From Eledone cirrhosa (taxonomy: Eukaryota), in the NCBI GenBank assembly GCA_964016885.1, contig OZ024749.1, positions 43,400,001-43,464,000 of the forward strand: 64,000 bases of DNA, read 5' to 3'. Positions 25,936 to 40,908 of this stretch are shown in pieces. The first letter of the stretch is position 1. Each line of letters opens with the position of its first letter. A program made the translations under genes and the position numbers. Below the pieces are notes generated by a model. That model was given only the letters and a program-made list of their open reading frames with translations. It ran no database searches and was not told the DNA's origin.

Positions 25936-26232
25936 TATGAGTTATATATATTATTTGTTCTACTTTTACATCTGAAAAACACAGAATCAAGATATTGATT
26001 ATATTTTGTTTATATATGTTTGCATTGATGTTTGTGTTGTGTTTAGTTCAATATATAAATATATTTAAAATTGGTTTCTTTCTTTCTATTCATAATTTCT
26101 TTTACGTTAAAGAATGAACAATAGAATGTGTGTATCATTAAGAGTAAATAGATATGTTAAAGCTCAGAAGTTGAAATATTGGCTGTTGCGTTTGTTTAGT
26201 CTTATATCATGTCTGAGAGTCAAAAGTTTGTC

Positions 26233-26392
26233 TCGAGCCCGGAGGCTCATCTGGACGGTGCTTGTCCCAGGTTCCGTGGCATGGCTCAACTGTGGGTACA
26301 ACACCCCCTCCTGAACATGATGCTAGTCCATCGCAAGTTTGAACCCCAGCTATTGCTGGCACTCATTTTCAGCTGAGTATACTGGAGCAATA
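26233..26392 (-). mobile_element. SINE-like 3' fragment
   Basis: CTCATTTTCAGCTGAGTATACTGGAGCAA resembles CCAGCTAGATAGACTAGAACAA at about 31716; family assignment is from recall. Confidence 0.5.
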
Positions 26393-26760
26393 TCTGATAC
26401 AGCAGACACATCATTAATATCATTGATAAACTACAATTTCATTTTGTATAGCTGTAATGAACCTATGGCGGCAGTATACACCACACATTGTAATTATTAA
26501 TGAATTAATCACTCTGGTCCAATGTCGGTTCCGGTTTAGGTCATTGTTATCGTGGGAGGAGGAGAGGGTAAGTAGAAGTGGGAGGAAGTGTGGAAGATGT
26601 GTTGAAGGTAGACTTTACGGTGATGATGGTGGAAATGGTAGTGTTGGTGCTAGTGAAAGTGGTGGCAGGGGGTAATGCTGGTATACCAGTCTTATTGTTT
26701 TTCGCATTAATTCTTCTGTTTTCTTCTTTTAATCGCAACAGTCTTTGTTCTAATAACTAT

Positions 26761-26801
<41 letters not shown>

Positions 26802-27204
26802 GGTGTGTGTGTGTGCGTGTGTGTGTATGTATAAAATATTATTAATATTATTAATAATAATAAGAAGAATATTATTATTGTTATTGTTGCTGTTATATAA
26901 ATATGAATAATAATAACAATAATGATAATAATAATTGTAATAATAATGTTGAGTGAATTAATTCTCAGCAAGATTGTTTTCAGTTTAATTTGAAACTAAG
27001 CAGGATATCATTGTATAGTTTTCTTTAGTGTATATAATGTTGTTGGCATTGTTGCTATTGTTGTTGTTACTGGTGTTATTACAAAGTAAGAAGGAAAATC
27101 AATGAGGAAATTGGTTTTCATTATTATCATAATACCATTGTTCTACATATTGTTATAATTTCATTATGTGTGTGTTTGTATGTTTGTTGGTATGTTGGTA
27201 TGTA

Positions 27205-27465
27205 GAGGCAGCGTGGCTGGGTGGATAAACTGGTCGCTTCGCAATCATTATTTCCCAGTTTCGAATCCATTGTATGGTATCTTGGACATATCTTGGGCAA
27301 GATTTATTGACCATAGAATCCACGAGTGGAATTGTTTGGAATCCAATCTGATTGACAATACCTGTAACTGAAAGGGGTTGACCGTTTCACATATTGTGTT
27401 ACGCTGAATCTCTTTCAGAAATACGTTATGGGTAGATGAGTCTGTGGAATTTCCACCCACTTGCG
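27205..27465 (+). mobile_element. Diverged tRNA-derived CORE-type SINE
   Basis: GTGGCTGGGTGG A-box, TTCGAATCC B-box, CTTGGGCAAG core. The 3' part is similar to the reverse complement of about 32843-32950. Confidence 0.6.
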
Positions 27466-27471
27466 CTCCTT

Positions 27472-28392
27472 GATGTGTTGGTGGGTTGGTTAGTTGATGG
27501 GTTGGTTTGTTGGCGAGTTGGTTTGTGGGCGGGCTGGTTTGTTGTTGGGTTGGTTAGTTGGTGGCTTCTGTTAGTGTATTCGTTTGCTGGTTTGCTGGTG
27601 TAATGGTTTGTTGGTGTAATGGTTTGATGATGTGGTGGTTTGTTGGTTTGTTAGTGTGTGGGTTTGTTACTGTAGTGGATCTTTGGTTTGTTGGTGTGGT
27701 AGTTTCTTAGTGTAGTTGTTTCTTGGTGTGTTGGTATGTCGGTTTATTACTGTGGTGGAGTGTAGAGTAGTGAAATGTTGGTTTGTTGGTGTATTGTGTT
27801 GCCGCCATTGGTTGTTAGTTTGTTGGTTTATCGGCGTGGTGGCTTGTTGGTGTATTGCTTTGTTGTTGTGTTGTGTTAGTGTGTTGGTTTTTCAATGTGG
27901 GTCGTTTGTTGGTTTGAGGTGTGATAGTTTGTTAGTGTTGGGGTTGTTGGTTTGTTGGTGCGTTGGTTTGTTAGAATGGTGGCGTGTCGGTGTGTTGGTG
28001 ACATTGGTTGGTAGTTCGTTGGTTCTTCGGTGTGGTGGTTTATGGTTTGTTACTGAGGTGGATATTTGGTTTGTTGGTGTGGTAGTTTCTTAGTGTGGTG
28101 GTTTGTTGGTGGAGTGGGTTTTCGGTGTGGTGGTATGTTACTGTGGTGGATCTTTGGTTTCCTAGTGTCGTTGTTTCTTGGTGTGTTGGTATGTAGGTTT
28201 ATTAATGTAGTGTATTGTAGAATGGTGGAATGTTGGTTTGTTGGTGAGCTGTGTTGGTGCCTTCGGTTGTTAGGTTGTTGGTTGGTCGGTGTGGTGGTTT
28301 GTTGGTGGAGTGGATTGTAGAATGGTGGAATGTTGGTTTGTTGGGTAGGTAGGTTTTTGGCGCGTTTCTGTTGGTTTATCCGTTGGTTGGTT
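27472..28392. repeat. Strand-biased G/T-rich low-complexity tract with internal duplications
   Basis: GTTGGTTT-like units; the block TTACTG..GTGGAT.TTTGGTTT recurs at 27667, 28051 and 28138. Confidence 0.85.
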
Positions 28393-28584
28393 TCATTTAT
28401 CAAACGAAACTGTTGATCTGACTGAATCTTCTTCCAACTGCGTGTCTTATAACATTACTCTTATTGATTGTAGCTGCAAACCATGATTGTGTGTATTCTA
28501 ATAGACATTCTTATATCCTTTCTATATATATGTATAGATATATGTGTATATGTATAAGTGTATGTGTGTGTATATATATATATA

Positions 28585-28752
<168 letters not shown>

Positions 28753-28834
28753 AATATATGGTGATGGTGATCGTGATTATGATATGTTAATTGTGGTGGT
28801 GATGATTGTACTGGTGATCGTGGTAGTCGTGGTG

Positions 28835-29138
28835 GTGATGATGGTGGTGGCGGAGTTTGTGGTGGTGGTGATGGTGGTGATGATGGTGGCGACGGAGTTT
28901 GAGGCGTTGATGATGGTGTTGAAGATGGTGGTGACGGAGTTTGTGTTTGCGGTGATGACGGTGGTGACGGAGTTTGTAGTGGTGATGATGGTGGTGAAGA
29001 TGGTGGCGACGGAGTTTGTGTTTGCGGTGATGACGGTGGTGACGGAGTTTGTAGTGGTGATGATGGTGGTGAAGATGGTGGCGACGGAGTTTGTATTTGT
29101 GGTGATGATGGTGGTGACGGAGTTTGTGGTGGTGATGG
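28835..29138. repeat. Triplet-based minisatellite (GTGATGATGGTGGTGACGGAGTTTGT), higher-order period of about 66 bp
   Basis: CGGAGTTTG recurs 8 times within a (GTG/ATG)n background. Confidence 0.88.
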
Positions 29139-29642
29139 AAGAACGTGAAATAAAATGTCTTTTACTAGAATACACCAGATCCTCCAGGCTCAATAATCAA
29201 ACAGAAAAGTTAAGGCTCTTGAATCCAGCAAGCTAACCACTTCGCCACTCGTTTTCATGCAGTAAACATGTTGCTATATATATGTACTGTTATTCAAATC
29301 CCGCTGATGTTAACATTACCTTTCATCCTTCTTGTATAGATAAAATAAAGAACGGAGTCAAGATTGAATCGATTTCTCCAAAAAGTATTGGCCTTGTGCC
29401 TAAATACGAAGCTATTGTTTTTATTATTAATATTTTGTAAAACCTGTTCTTATATATTGTTCCTCTTTACAATGCAGCGTAATATTATGTTATAGATGTA
29501 CATGTAAGGCATGTAAGCATTCGTGAATGGAGTCGGTATGAATATGTATGGCTTCTCTCTTCCTTTGCGATATATATAGGCGTTTGTTTCTTACTGTTTG
29601 TATTTATGTTATATTGTACTACATATAACCTTTTATTACTAC

Positions 29643-29677
<35 letters not shown>

Positions 29678-29707
29678 TATATATATATAGAGAGAGAGAG
29701 AGATACA

Positions 29708-29900
<193 letters not shown>

Positions 29901-29942
29901 TGCGTGTGTGTGTATATACATATGTGTATAATATGTATGTTC

Positions 29943-29992
<50 letters not shown>

Positions 29993-30038
29993 ACACATGC
30001 ATCCGTATATACATATATGTATATATAAAAATAAATAA

Positions 30039-30074
<36 letters not shown>

Positions 30075-30844
30075 ATATATATATATATGTGTGTGTGTGT
30101 ATATATATATAAATATATATATAAACATATATATATATATATATAAACATATATATATTTGTGTGCTAGTGTTTTATTGAAATACATTATATCATAGCAA
30201 ATCTTGTTAATACATGCATGTTGGGGGATAATTTGATCTCATTGCATGTAAATATAACATGTAATAAGATGGTTAGTTTTTGTTTTGATGTGTTTGTTGT
30301 TTTTCTTATTGTTTCTTTTTTTTCTAGATTGTTTTGCTTTTTTTCTTTTCTTTTCGTTTCTCTAAGCTGCCAGTCGAATAACAAAAACGCCATAACGCTA
30401 AACACAATTTTGTTTCATTGCAAACACGAACAGTCCGACATCAGAAATAGAATCTCTCGCTAGATACGTTTATTGTATATATTGTGTTGAAATACCACAA
30501 TATAAGGCAATAGAATGATTCATTTGTAATGCGTGAGAGGAATTATTAACTAGGGTTTTTTTTTTCAAATATGTGTATTCTGGAGCAATAGAAGCTTTAG
30601 TGGAAATATAGGGCAGTGTTTAAAAAAAATAACACTCTAGCTTACACAAACTACTAAGTCTCGAGCTACTTTCTGGATTTAGACAGTATAGATTCTTTTT
30701 TTTTTGTTTATGGCCAATGAAAACAAATTCTATAAATATATTATTAATATATTACTAATATATAATTTTGTTTCTGATTTTCCTCTTCCTCCAGTTTTGT
30801 TTCCATTTCTTTCCGAGTGTCTTCCTGATACCTATTATTATTAA

Positions 30845-31010
30845 GTAAAGCGTTGGACGCCATGCTTTGACGCATAGAGTTACGGCCCTTGTCTTTCTGA
30901 GTTCAAATCCCGCCGAGGTTAACTTTGCCTTTCATCCTTACGGGGTCGATAAAATAAAGTACCAGTAATGCACTGGGTAATTGCTGGCCTTGTGCCTAAA
31001 GTAGAAACAA
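30845..31010 (+). mobile_element. SINE family A, short variant
   Basis: High similarity to 511-672. Confidence 0.9.
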
Positions 31011-31016
31011 TTGTTA

Positions 31017-31212
31017 GTTAGAGTATCGGACAATATGCTTTGTCGCATAGAATTACGGTCCTTTATGATCTGAGTTCAAATCCCGCCGAGATTAACTTTG
31101 CCTTTCGTCCTTACAGAGTCGATAAAATAAAGTACCATTGAGCACTGGGGTCGATTTAATAGACTGCCCCCTCCCCTCCAAAAATTGCTGACCTTGTGCC
31201 TAAATCAGAAAA
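31017..31212 (+). mobile_element. SINE family A, long variant, tandem
   Basis: B-box, core, extra GGGGTCGATTTAATAGACTGCCCCC segment and (TTA)n tail. Confidence 0.9.
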
Positions 31213-31524
31213 GATTATTATTATTATTAAACATTTTAGTTCCTTAATCTTGCATTACTAAAAGAAAACCTCGTCGTATATATGGTGCAATGCAATCTAT
31301 ATCTATATATCTATAGGTAGATTGTATAGATATATCTATATATCTATAGGTAGAAGGTATTAAAAATATATACGAGGTTTTGAATCTAATACGAAATAAT
31401 TTACATTTCACATCATGCTGATGTGTTTGGAAGTAGGCAGTAATTTATAACAGAAATATGATGTCAGTTTCTCAATTCAGAAAAGCAAAATAGGTTTAAT
31501 ACTTCTTGGCTATATTCCTCTGTG

Positions 31525-31830
31525 TTGATCCTCCGTCGGTTACGACGATGATTGTTCTAGTTTTTCGATCAGTCTGTTCTGAAGTTAACAGGGTAAGCAC
31601 CGAGCATTCCACTGAAACTTGCACCTTTAACTTAGTTCTCGGCATAGTTCAGCGCCACACTATGTATGACAAGACTGGTCCTTTGAACTACACGAACAAC
31701 TAGAGTTTTCTTTTCCCAGCTAGATAGACTAGAACAATGGGGAAATAAACTATCTTGCTCTAAAAAAGAAAAAAAACGTGCAGCCGGGGTTCGAACTCAA
31801 GATCACTTTTCACTGTTTAGACACCGTGCA
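31525..31830 (-). mobile_element. Diverged tRNA-derived SINE (family C)
   Basis: Minus-strand B-box GAGTTCGAACCCC near 31790; the GAGCATTCCAC block is shared with about 32852. Confidence 0.6.
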
Positions 31831-32351
31831 ACAAATTCGGACTCTGAATCCACATATAACAAACTTTTCTTTTATTCTTACGTTACAGGGAAATCTTCTG
31901 GGAAAGAAATAATCTACAGTAATCACGGAAGAAGTTTGTTCTCAACATAGATAATTGATTCGTATATATCGAAATAATTTCCAATATAAGTTGCCCGCTG
32001 ATGGGGTTTATTGAGTATTTTTCCATTGAATTATGTGATCTATATCTGGTCAATTTAAGGACAATCATGTTTAGCAAAGTTTATATGCACAATCACAAAA
32101 CAATATTGTCTTTCCAACATTATTTTAAACTAATGTCTGATCAACATTGTATTAGCATCAATATTGATGTAGCTTTATCATTTGATAGTTATTGATCTAA
32201 TAAATTTAATATCTGGAAATGGTTTAGCAAGAATCTCTTTATAATTAGACGTGTTGGAATATATAGTACAAAAACCAATCTTTTATATTTCTCTGTCAAC
32301 ACTAACTTATTCAATGGCAAATCATTTAATCACTTTAAATCACTGAACTGA

Positions 32352-32446
32352 AGGCGTCTGGCTTAATAGTCAGAGAAGTGGATTCGTCATCGTGAGGTTG
32401 CGAGTTCGATTCCTAGATCGGATGATGTGTTATGTCCTTGAGCAAT
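32352..32446 (+). mobile_element. SINE head (tRNA-like plus CORE-like start)
   Basis: TGGCTTAATAG A-box, GAGTTCGATTCC B-box, TGTCCTTGAGCAA; homologous to the reverse complement of 61318-61416. Confidence 0.65.
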
Positions 32447-32563
32447 GCGACGGGGGTAAAACAATAACAATAATCATATCTCCCATGGTAACCTTCCGAA
32501 ATTCACTCTTCTCTCTTCAAATATCCGCTACTTTCAGGAGATATAAATCAGCGTCCACTACAT

Positions 32564-32741
32564 GTGGCATGTCAAACATGCGGCTCTTTACAAGCACACC
32601 CGCGGCCCGCACAAAGGTTTTTACATGTTTATCTTCGTAAAATTAGTTGTAATGTGCGCAATTAGTTGTCATGTGTGGCCCCCAGACAACACATATGTGA
32701 CCCATGTGGCCGTCGGCGGGACGCTCAGTTTGACATGCCTG
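32564..32741. mobile_element. hAT-type MITE with 8-bp TSD
   Basis: TIRs GGCATGTCAAAC / GTTTGACATGCCTG, subterminal GCGGCCC motifs, TSD CACTACAT (32556-32563) / CACTAAAT (32742-32749). Confidence 0.8.
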
Positions 32742-33092
32742 CACTAAATTGTTTGTAATGAAACGCTGGACATATATCAGTTTCGACGATGAGCCTTATA
32801 ATTCTACACACTCAGAAACAATCTGCTGTTGAAATTATGGTGCAAGTGAGTGAGCATTCCACAGACACGTGGACTCCTAACGTAGTTTTCTGGGAGAATC
32901 CGTCTGATACAATGAATGACACGTTTGGAATGTCTCATTCAAATACAAATGTAATCATTTTCTGTCTAGATGAGTAATCATGAAATAGAGTGAGTTATGG
33001 GCCGACACTCTCCACCGCAAGGAATAGGACTCGTGATCAGAAGATAGTGAGTCGTACACACATACTACCACTTGGACACGTGTACACACACG

Positions 33093-33139
<47 letters not shown>

Positions 33140-33616
33140 GGACACACTCACACAGTGACACAGACACACAAACATACACGCACACAGAGACTGAGATTAC
33201 ACACAAAAACACATATAAGTAAACAAATATATATATATATGCATATATATATATATATATACATGTATATACATATTCTTAGATTTTTTTTTTATTATCA
33301 TCACTTCTATTATATTATTATATTATTGTTGATGTTAACGTTGTATACACCACCAAGGGGAGAGAAAAAAAACAAAGAGACAAACAACACTAGCGCCGGA
33401 TTGGCGCGTGGTTGTTGCTAATTCTTTGACCTTCCCGCTAAATATTTCCATTAGTTGTATATCAACAATTATATCTGCCAATTCTTCATATCTCCTCTCT
33501 CTCTCTGTAACGTTATTTACTGTCATTGTTTACTCAAATAATTGAATATTGAACTATAGAGGGAACGGTGCGATGATGATGATAAGATGATAAGCAATAT
33601 TATGTATGTATATATA

Positions 33617-33704
<88 letters not shown>

Positions 33705-33714
33705 TATATATATG

Positions 33715-33782
<68 letters not shown>

Positions 33783-33838
33783 GCTATACATATACATGTA
33801 TGTATGTGTATGTATATGCATGTATGTATGGACGCATG

Positions 33839-33901
<63 letters not shown>

Positions 33902-33963
33902 CGTACATATATATATACACATATATATGTATGTATGGATGTTTATATGTATATATATATATG

Positions 33964-34031
<68 letters not shown>

Positions 34032-34611
34032 TTTATATAAATACATACATACACATACAAACACATGCATTGTATGTATGTGTGTGTAAGAAAATAATAA
34101 TAACAATAATAATAATAATAATAATACGAATAAATCTAATTTAAATTATTCCAATGGTGTTTGATCATTGAAAAAATATAGTTAAATCTCAAAAAATATA
34201 GTTACACTCACATTCACACGCACATTCTCTCACACATATACATACACACACTCACACACACACACACATATAGATACATACATACACGCATATATACACA
34301 TATACACATATATACATACATACATACATACATACATACATACATACATACATACATACATACATACATACATACATACAAACCAATGTATATCTTTGTG
34401 CGTAAGTGTATGTACGCATGCATAATTGTGAATGTGTCTCTAAGATTAACACTGCGTATGACTATGTTTGTGAATGTGTAAATATGTGTGTGCAAAATAC
34501 ATTTCTGTTTTTTTAATGTGTACGAGTAGTTTCAGATTTTATGTATTTATATGATTTACGTTAAGTTTACTGTTTATGCGTGTATGTGTATTTACACGTG
34601 TGTATATACAC

Positions 34612-34956
<345 letters not shown>

Positions 34957-34976
34957 GCATACACACACACACACAG

Positions 34977-35040
<64 letters not shown>

Positions 35041-35716
35041 CAACACAAATTATATGTATTTTTGCTCAAGTTTTCTAAAACTCACGGTCACAGACACAGC
35101 CACGCTCGCCTACACTCACAATTATGTATATATATATATAAGTGTGTGTGTGTGTGTGTATTTGTGTGTGTGTGTGTGTGCATGTGTTCCTGCGTGTGTA
35201 CGTGTGTGTATGATTGTATATTATATTATTGTATGCGTATGTATTTTCCAGGTGTTTAATTATTTTGACACTATGCAGTCATTAATTTCGTAAATTTAGA
35301 TGAAAGCAAAACAAATTTGATATTATTAAACCTAAATTTACCTAAAACACAATCGAAATTATTTCAAATTATAATACTAATTATTTACTACCATCTTGAG
35401 CTACTATCAACAATAATAAACATTTGATTTTGACAATTTTAATGTAACTGTAACACATAATTTCATTAATACCATAACATCTTCATTACATGACAATTTT
35501 TAAACAGCTCCATTGTGTATCACACAACCTTATCCACTAACAATAATTACAAGTATTTATATAGGCTTAATGGCTAAGCCTTTCAAATTAAGATTTAAAC
35601 AACATATCTATACGTTTAGTTGTCTCAAAAAAATTCGGGTGCAATTTTGTCCAACTATATTTTGAATGTCAGAAATGTTCAGATACCGTTTTAAAAAAAG
35701 TTCCTGAGCCAGCAAA

Positions 35717-35974
35717 GAGGCACACATGGCTGTGTGGTTAAGACATTCGCTTCGCAGCCTTGTTTTTCTCGGTTATTTACCGCTGTGCGACACCTTTGAC
35801 AATTGTCTTATAGTCAAACAGCTAATAGACAAATCCTTTCTCAGTGAAATTTGGCTTTCTTCAATTTCCTACTATATATATATATATATATATATAGGGT
35901 TCTTATATATTTGATATATATTTATCCTTATCGAGCCCTCTTAGGATTTTAGTCTTCACATTTATTATTATTAC

Positions 35975-36040
<66 letters not shown>

Positions 36041-36213
36041 GATTCTTATGCTTGTGTCAGTGTCTTTGTGTATGTCTCTATCCTATAAAATATATAAATA
36101 AGAACCAGAATGGAAATCTTAAATATTTATATCGATATGATCGACTATATTAAGGGGGTGCTCCAGCATGGCCGCCGTTTAATGACTGAACCCAGTATAA
36201 GAATAAAAGAAAG
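35717..36213 (+). mobile_element. SINE family B (CORE-type), interrupted
   Basis: Head ATGGCTGTGTGGTTAAGA and tail GGTGCTCCAGCATGGCCGC...AAGAATAAAAG. Split by (TA)n, a P2 tail and (TG)n. Confidence 0.65.
35897..35975 (+). mobile_element. Family P2, tail only
   Basis: GGTTCTTATATATTTGATATATA...TCGAGCCCTC...TTATTATTACTATA matches 6710-6790. Confidence 0.8.
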
Positions 36214-36707
36214 ATTAACTAATAAAAATGCAAAATGGTTATAAACTAACGGCGGAATATTTTTGAGCTTTAGTTATATCATAAAAAGCTATTATATTCC
36301 AGAACAGAAACATAAATCAGAATTAATTCAGTTTACTGGCACAATTCCCAGGACATTTTGAGAAATTTCAAACCCTATGGCTTTCAAAAGGAGAACAGCA
36401 AAATCGAATTATTTCTTGTGATTGTGGTATCGATGTGACATTCACTACGAAATATTTGTTCTAAAATGTAATGTATTTATAGACTTAAATAAATATTTAA
36501 TACAGATTTATTTGGAATACAGTCATTTTATAATTATATTTACAGTGATCATTGAATAATAATAGTAAACAGTGAAAGTTAGTGAATTGGCAGAATCGGT
36601 AGAATGAGTTTAAATCCCGTCGTGGTCAACTTTGTCTTGCATAATACCGTGGTCGATAAATAACGTTCCGACCCAGTATTAGAAGACGACTCTCTCTCTC
36701 ACTCTAT

Positions 36708-36744
<37 letters not shown>

Positions 36745-36824
36745 CATCCATTGACATATCTACCTACCTATCTAGCTGTCTATCTATCTATCTATCTATC
36801 TATCTCTATCTCTCTACCTCTCTC

Positions 36825-36856
<32 letters not shown>

Positions 36857-36900
36857 TTTTTCTCGCCATCTTTCTCTTTCTCTCCCTATTTCTCTCTCCA

Positions 36901-36931
<31 letters not shown>

Positions 36932-36977
36932 CTCTATCTATATCTCTCCCTCTCTCTCTTTCTCTCCCTCTCTTCAT

Positions 36978-37015
<38 letters not shown>

Positions 37016-37336
37016 CTCTCCCCTATTTTCTCTGTACTTTTCTATAGAAAAATCAACTGAGTTAAAGCTTGAGTTGGTTGGATTCCCCTAGGTCTAAGTA
37101 CCCAGGACGTCGCCGCCTATACAACTCTCTCAGACATTCATGACCCACGATGAATGGAACAGTTAAAAACAATCATTATTTTGACCAAGAAGCAAGATTT
37201 ATGGAATGTTGTGAAATATTTTAGAGAACATCAAACTACTTATTTATTAATGTTATCATTACCTACTGACCCATAAGTTGGAAATATAAATAAAGTTTAT
37301 AAATTTTCAGATATTCTAAATCTTTACAAACAAATT

Positions 37337-37373
<37 letters not shown>

Positions 37374-37398
37374 TATAGATATATATAGAGAGAGATGT

Positions 37399-37434
<36 letters not shown>

Positions 37435-37531
37435 TAATATATATATATATGCACAAATGCGTATATATTTCACAATTTATTCGTTAAGCACATTAGCATG
37501 ATTGTGTCCGTTTGTGTCTGTATGTGCGCAT

Positions 37532-37609
<78 letters not shown>

Positions 37610-38084
37610 CGGGTGACTGATGTGTGTATGTTTCAATTTGAAAGTATTATTCGTAAATTAAATACGATACGAAAGGAAAACAAAAACACATTTTATGGAC
37701 CAACACGTATTACTTGATAACATCAATAACAAAATGAAAACCAGTGTAACAATTTATGAGCATAATAATATCATTAATCTTTTAAATGTGTCTATGGTAA
37801 CGCCACGAGTCAAAGGGAATGGAATTATATGGCCTCTTGAGTGATTTGCAAGTAAGGACGGCCACAAACACGTTAAATCATGCCCAGCCATTTTGAAATG
37901 TAGGGGAGGTTATTAGAATGATTAATTATTTCCAGGATACACTATGTCTAAAAAAAAAATAGACTGGATGTTCGTGGATGAAACAACTTGTTTATATATG
38001 ATAAACACTGGCATAGATTTTAACAATAAAAAGTAAATTTCATTTAGCAGACAGCTACACACACATATATATATATATTTATAT

Positions 38085-38280
38085 GAGAAAGAGTCAGGAC
38101 CCCGACGGCTGAGCTCCGGCCGTTTCGAAAGCTAGACCCAAACTATGCCAGCAGTCGAAATGGCCGAAGTTCAGCCGTAGGTGTCCTGACACTTCTCTCT
38201 TTTACCCACTGTACTAGCCTAAGTATCGAGTACTCTGGTGCGTTATGGTCCACCTGGTATCTTACCGCACCTTCTTTGTT
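38085..38280 (+). mobile_element. Family P1, divergent subfamily
   Basis: Imperfect arms GAGAAAGAGTCAGGACCCCGACGGCTGAGCT / AGTTCAGCCGTAGGTGTCCTGACACTTCTC; same tail as other P1 copies. Confidence 0.78.
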
Positions 38281-38352
38281 ATATATATATATATACATAT
38301 ATACACACATATATATATAAATATATGTATATATATATATATATGTGTGTGT

Positions 38353-38470
<118 letters not shown>

Positions 38471-40397
38471 GTGTGTATCGTATGTAGAAAGGTAACACAC
38501 GAGTTGATATATATAAAAAATAAATAGTAGAAAGGAAAAAGATGTTTTCAGTAGAAAATGTTGAAGAGATATTTTTAGTGAAATTTCAAAGCATTAATTT
38601 ATTTACAATACCGGTTTTGGCATTAAATGCATTGTAATGCATTAAAGGCATTATAAACTTGTATTAGAAAGTCTCGCTCATATCCTTAAGAATAGATTCA
38701 GGGATTAAGAAACTGTATTGATTATCCCAATAAATTAAGACAAATAATATTTAAAGAATTTCTATCATCAGGTTTCTTTGAACATAGAAAAATATTCCAC
38801 AAATAGTATACGAACCCTGTCGTTATCAAACAGCCTGGTGCATTAAACTTACACATATGTCAGTGTGTCTGTGTGTGTATGTACGTATTTGTATGTGTGT
38901 ATGTGTTTGTGTGCTTGTGTACATGCATCAGATAGCAGATAAAATGGAAGCTTAAGCATACTCTAGGTGGAAGTTATTCGGACTCTCGAAGCTGGTGGTT
39001 TTCCTTTATAACATTAGCGATTAATTTGGACTGAAATAGCAACAACTGTTGGAACCCATGCATGCTGCAGAATTGTCCCTTTGGATATTCACATTTTCTA
39101 GATTAGATTTTTGTCTGAGCCATTTTTGTACTATAGGATAGTTTCATGGTAGTGACTGTCAATTCTCCCATCAAACATATAACACCTTCAATCTTGTGAT
39201 TCTTTCAAATGTTAGCTCAGCTTGATTGCATTTCAATTGCTGTTCACAACAATATATCCATTTGCTATTAACAATAGAAACAGCCTTGCGGGAACCGTTT
39301 CTATATCGGTTGATTGTGTGGTCGGTAAGAGAAGCACATTTGTGTTGCTGCTGTTGCTGTTGTTGTTTAACGTGGTGGTGGCTGTTGATTGCTTTGAAGA
39401 ACAATTACAACTTTAATGACAATATGCCATTCAATTGATGGATTTTAGGTGGTTTAAATTAGTTTTAAAATATGACGTTTTAATGTTGTTTTTATTCTCT
39501 CTCATAATTTCTCTGGCGTTTTAGTTCGCGTTTGTTTTACGTTGAGTTATCAAATAAGATAGCTTTCTGTTTGATCACAGATTTTGACAGCTACATCAGG
39601 ACTGTTTCGGCTTCTCTGTCCAATACACAACTAATTATGTGAAATGCTTGTAATGCATTATAATTAGAAAGTGCATTTTATCCAACGAAAATATCACTAC
39701 TTTACTAAAATAAACAAACGAATAAAACTGAGAAAAGTGAAAGCCACGGTACAACATCAACGACGACAACAAAAACATGAACTGCAATTACAAATTGAAA
39801 GAAAAATATGAAAACAGCGTAAAAAAACATGCAGGGCATATTTTTCATTCCGTTCTCATTTGTAGGAGGAGGAAATCGAATCGATAAACTTTAATGAACG
39901 ATAACACAAATAAATCAATATATTGAGATCTAAAATAAATATTCAAGAACTTTAACTTGCTTTTATGAGAATTACATTGTACAAGTAGAGAGAACCGCCC
40001 AATTACCATGTATTTGTTATTTTATTTTATTTTATTTTATTTTATTTTATTTTATTTTATTTTATCCTATGTTCTACTCTGAGATTTGTTTTGATGCTTT
40101 GACTAGATATGATTGTTTCGGTTTCACAAGAACTGGATATCGAATTCGGTTCGCTTGCATGTTTTAAAGAAGTTTCATAAGTGAATTTTGTGAGTATTGA
40201 CAATCTGCTTAACAACGTGTTTAGAGCTGATGTGTTAAGATAAAGCCTGGGTGAGTCACACCATGATTAGGTCTTTCGATTTCCAATTGAACGTATTTGA
40301 TTCAAAGTCATTCATTGATACCTTTCAGAAACTCATCAACACCACAATCTCTACTATTCTCATTTCAATATATAGGAGGGGTGAGGCTTGAATTGAA

Positions 40398-40606
40398 GGC
40401 TGGTGAATTAGCAGAATTAGCAGAGCGTCCGATAAAATGACATTGTGGTATTATTCTGAGTTCAAATTTCGCCAATATCAACTTTGCTTTTAATCCTAGA
40501 GGGGTCGATGAAATAAAGTACTAGTAAAGTACTGTGAAGGCGAGGAGGATTTGATCAGTTTTTGCCCTTCACCAAATTCTGCAGGTCTTCTCCCTTAAGT
40601 AGAAAT
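40398..40606 (+). mobile_element. Old diverged SINE family A
   Basis: GGTGAATTAGCAGAATT head, CTGAGTTCAAATTTCGCC, GGGGTCGATGAAATAAAGTACTAG. Confidence 0.7.
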
Positions 40607-40829
40607 ATATGGGGGAGGAAGCACCCTTTGAAAAATCAAATGCGATCATTTGCATAAGGATATTTTATAAATAATAAACTTTCGATAATCAATTAAGATC
40701 CATTTCATTTACCTACCTCACTTTCCACGTGTACAATTGTTTCCACGTGTACCATTATGAGTGGGAGAAGTTCTGGAATTAATTAAACAGAATTTATTTA
40801 CATCTCCTATGAGGGCGATTTGGTTTCTA

Positions 40830-40908
40830 TTGGTTGGTCAAGTATGAAATGTGTAGAAATTTATAGAAAAGAAACAAATTTCTACAAATTTCATATTTGA
40901 CGACCCAA
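40830..40908. mobile_element. About 80-bp palindromic mariner-type MITE
   Basis: TA-TTGGTTGGTCAAGTATGAAAT ... ATTTCATATTTGACGACCCAA-TA. Confidence 0.8.

Noticed and set aside
28777-29236. Mucin-like Thr-rich or hydrophobic membrane ORFs
   Set aside because: Triplet minisatellite open on both strands; no signal peptide or splice support. Kept only as a low-interest note.
38605-38650. Hammerhead remnant with palindromic ACCGGT (also CTGATTA..GAAACAATTGT at about 20950 and CTGAAGT..GAAACATG at about 17163)
   Set aside because: Too many core or stem defects to distinguish from chance by eye.
39171-39438. Poly-Q/N ORFs
   Set aside because: A short (TTG/CTG)n run explains them; frames close quickly and no family is recognised.
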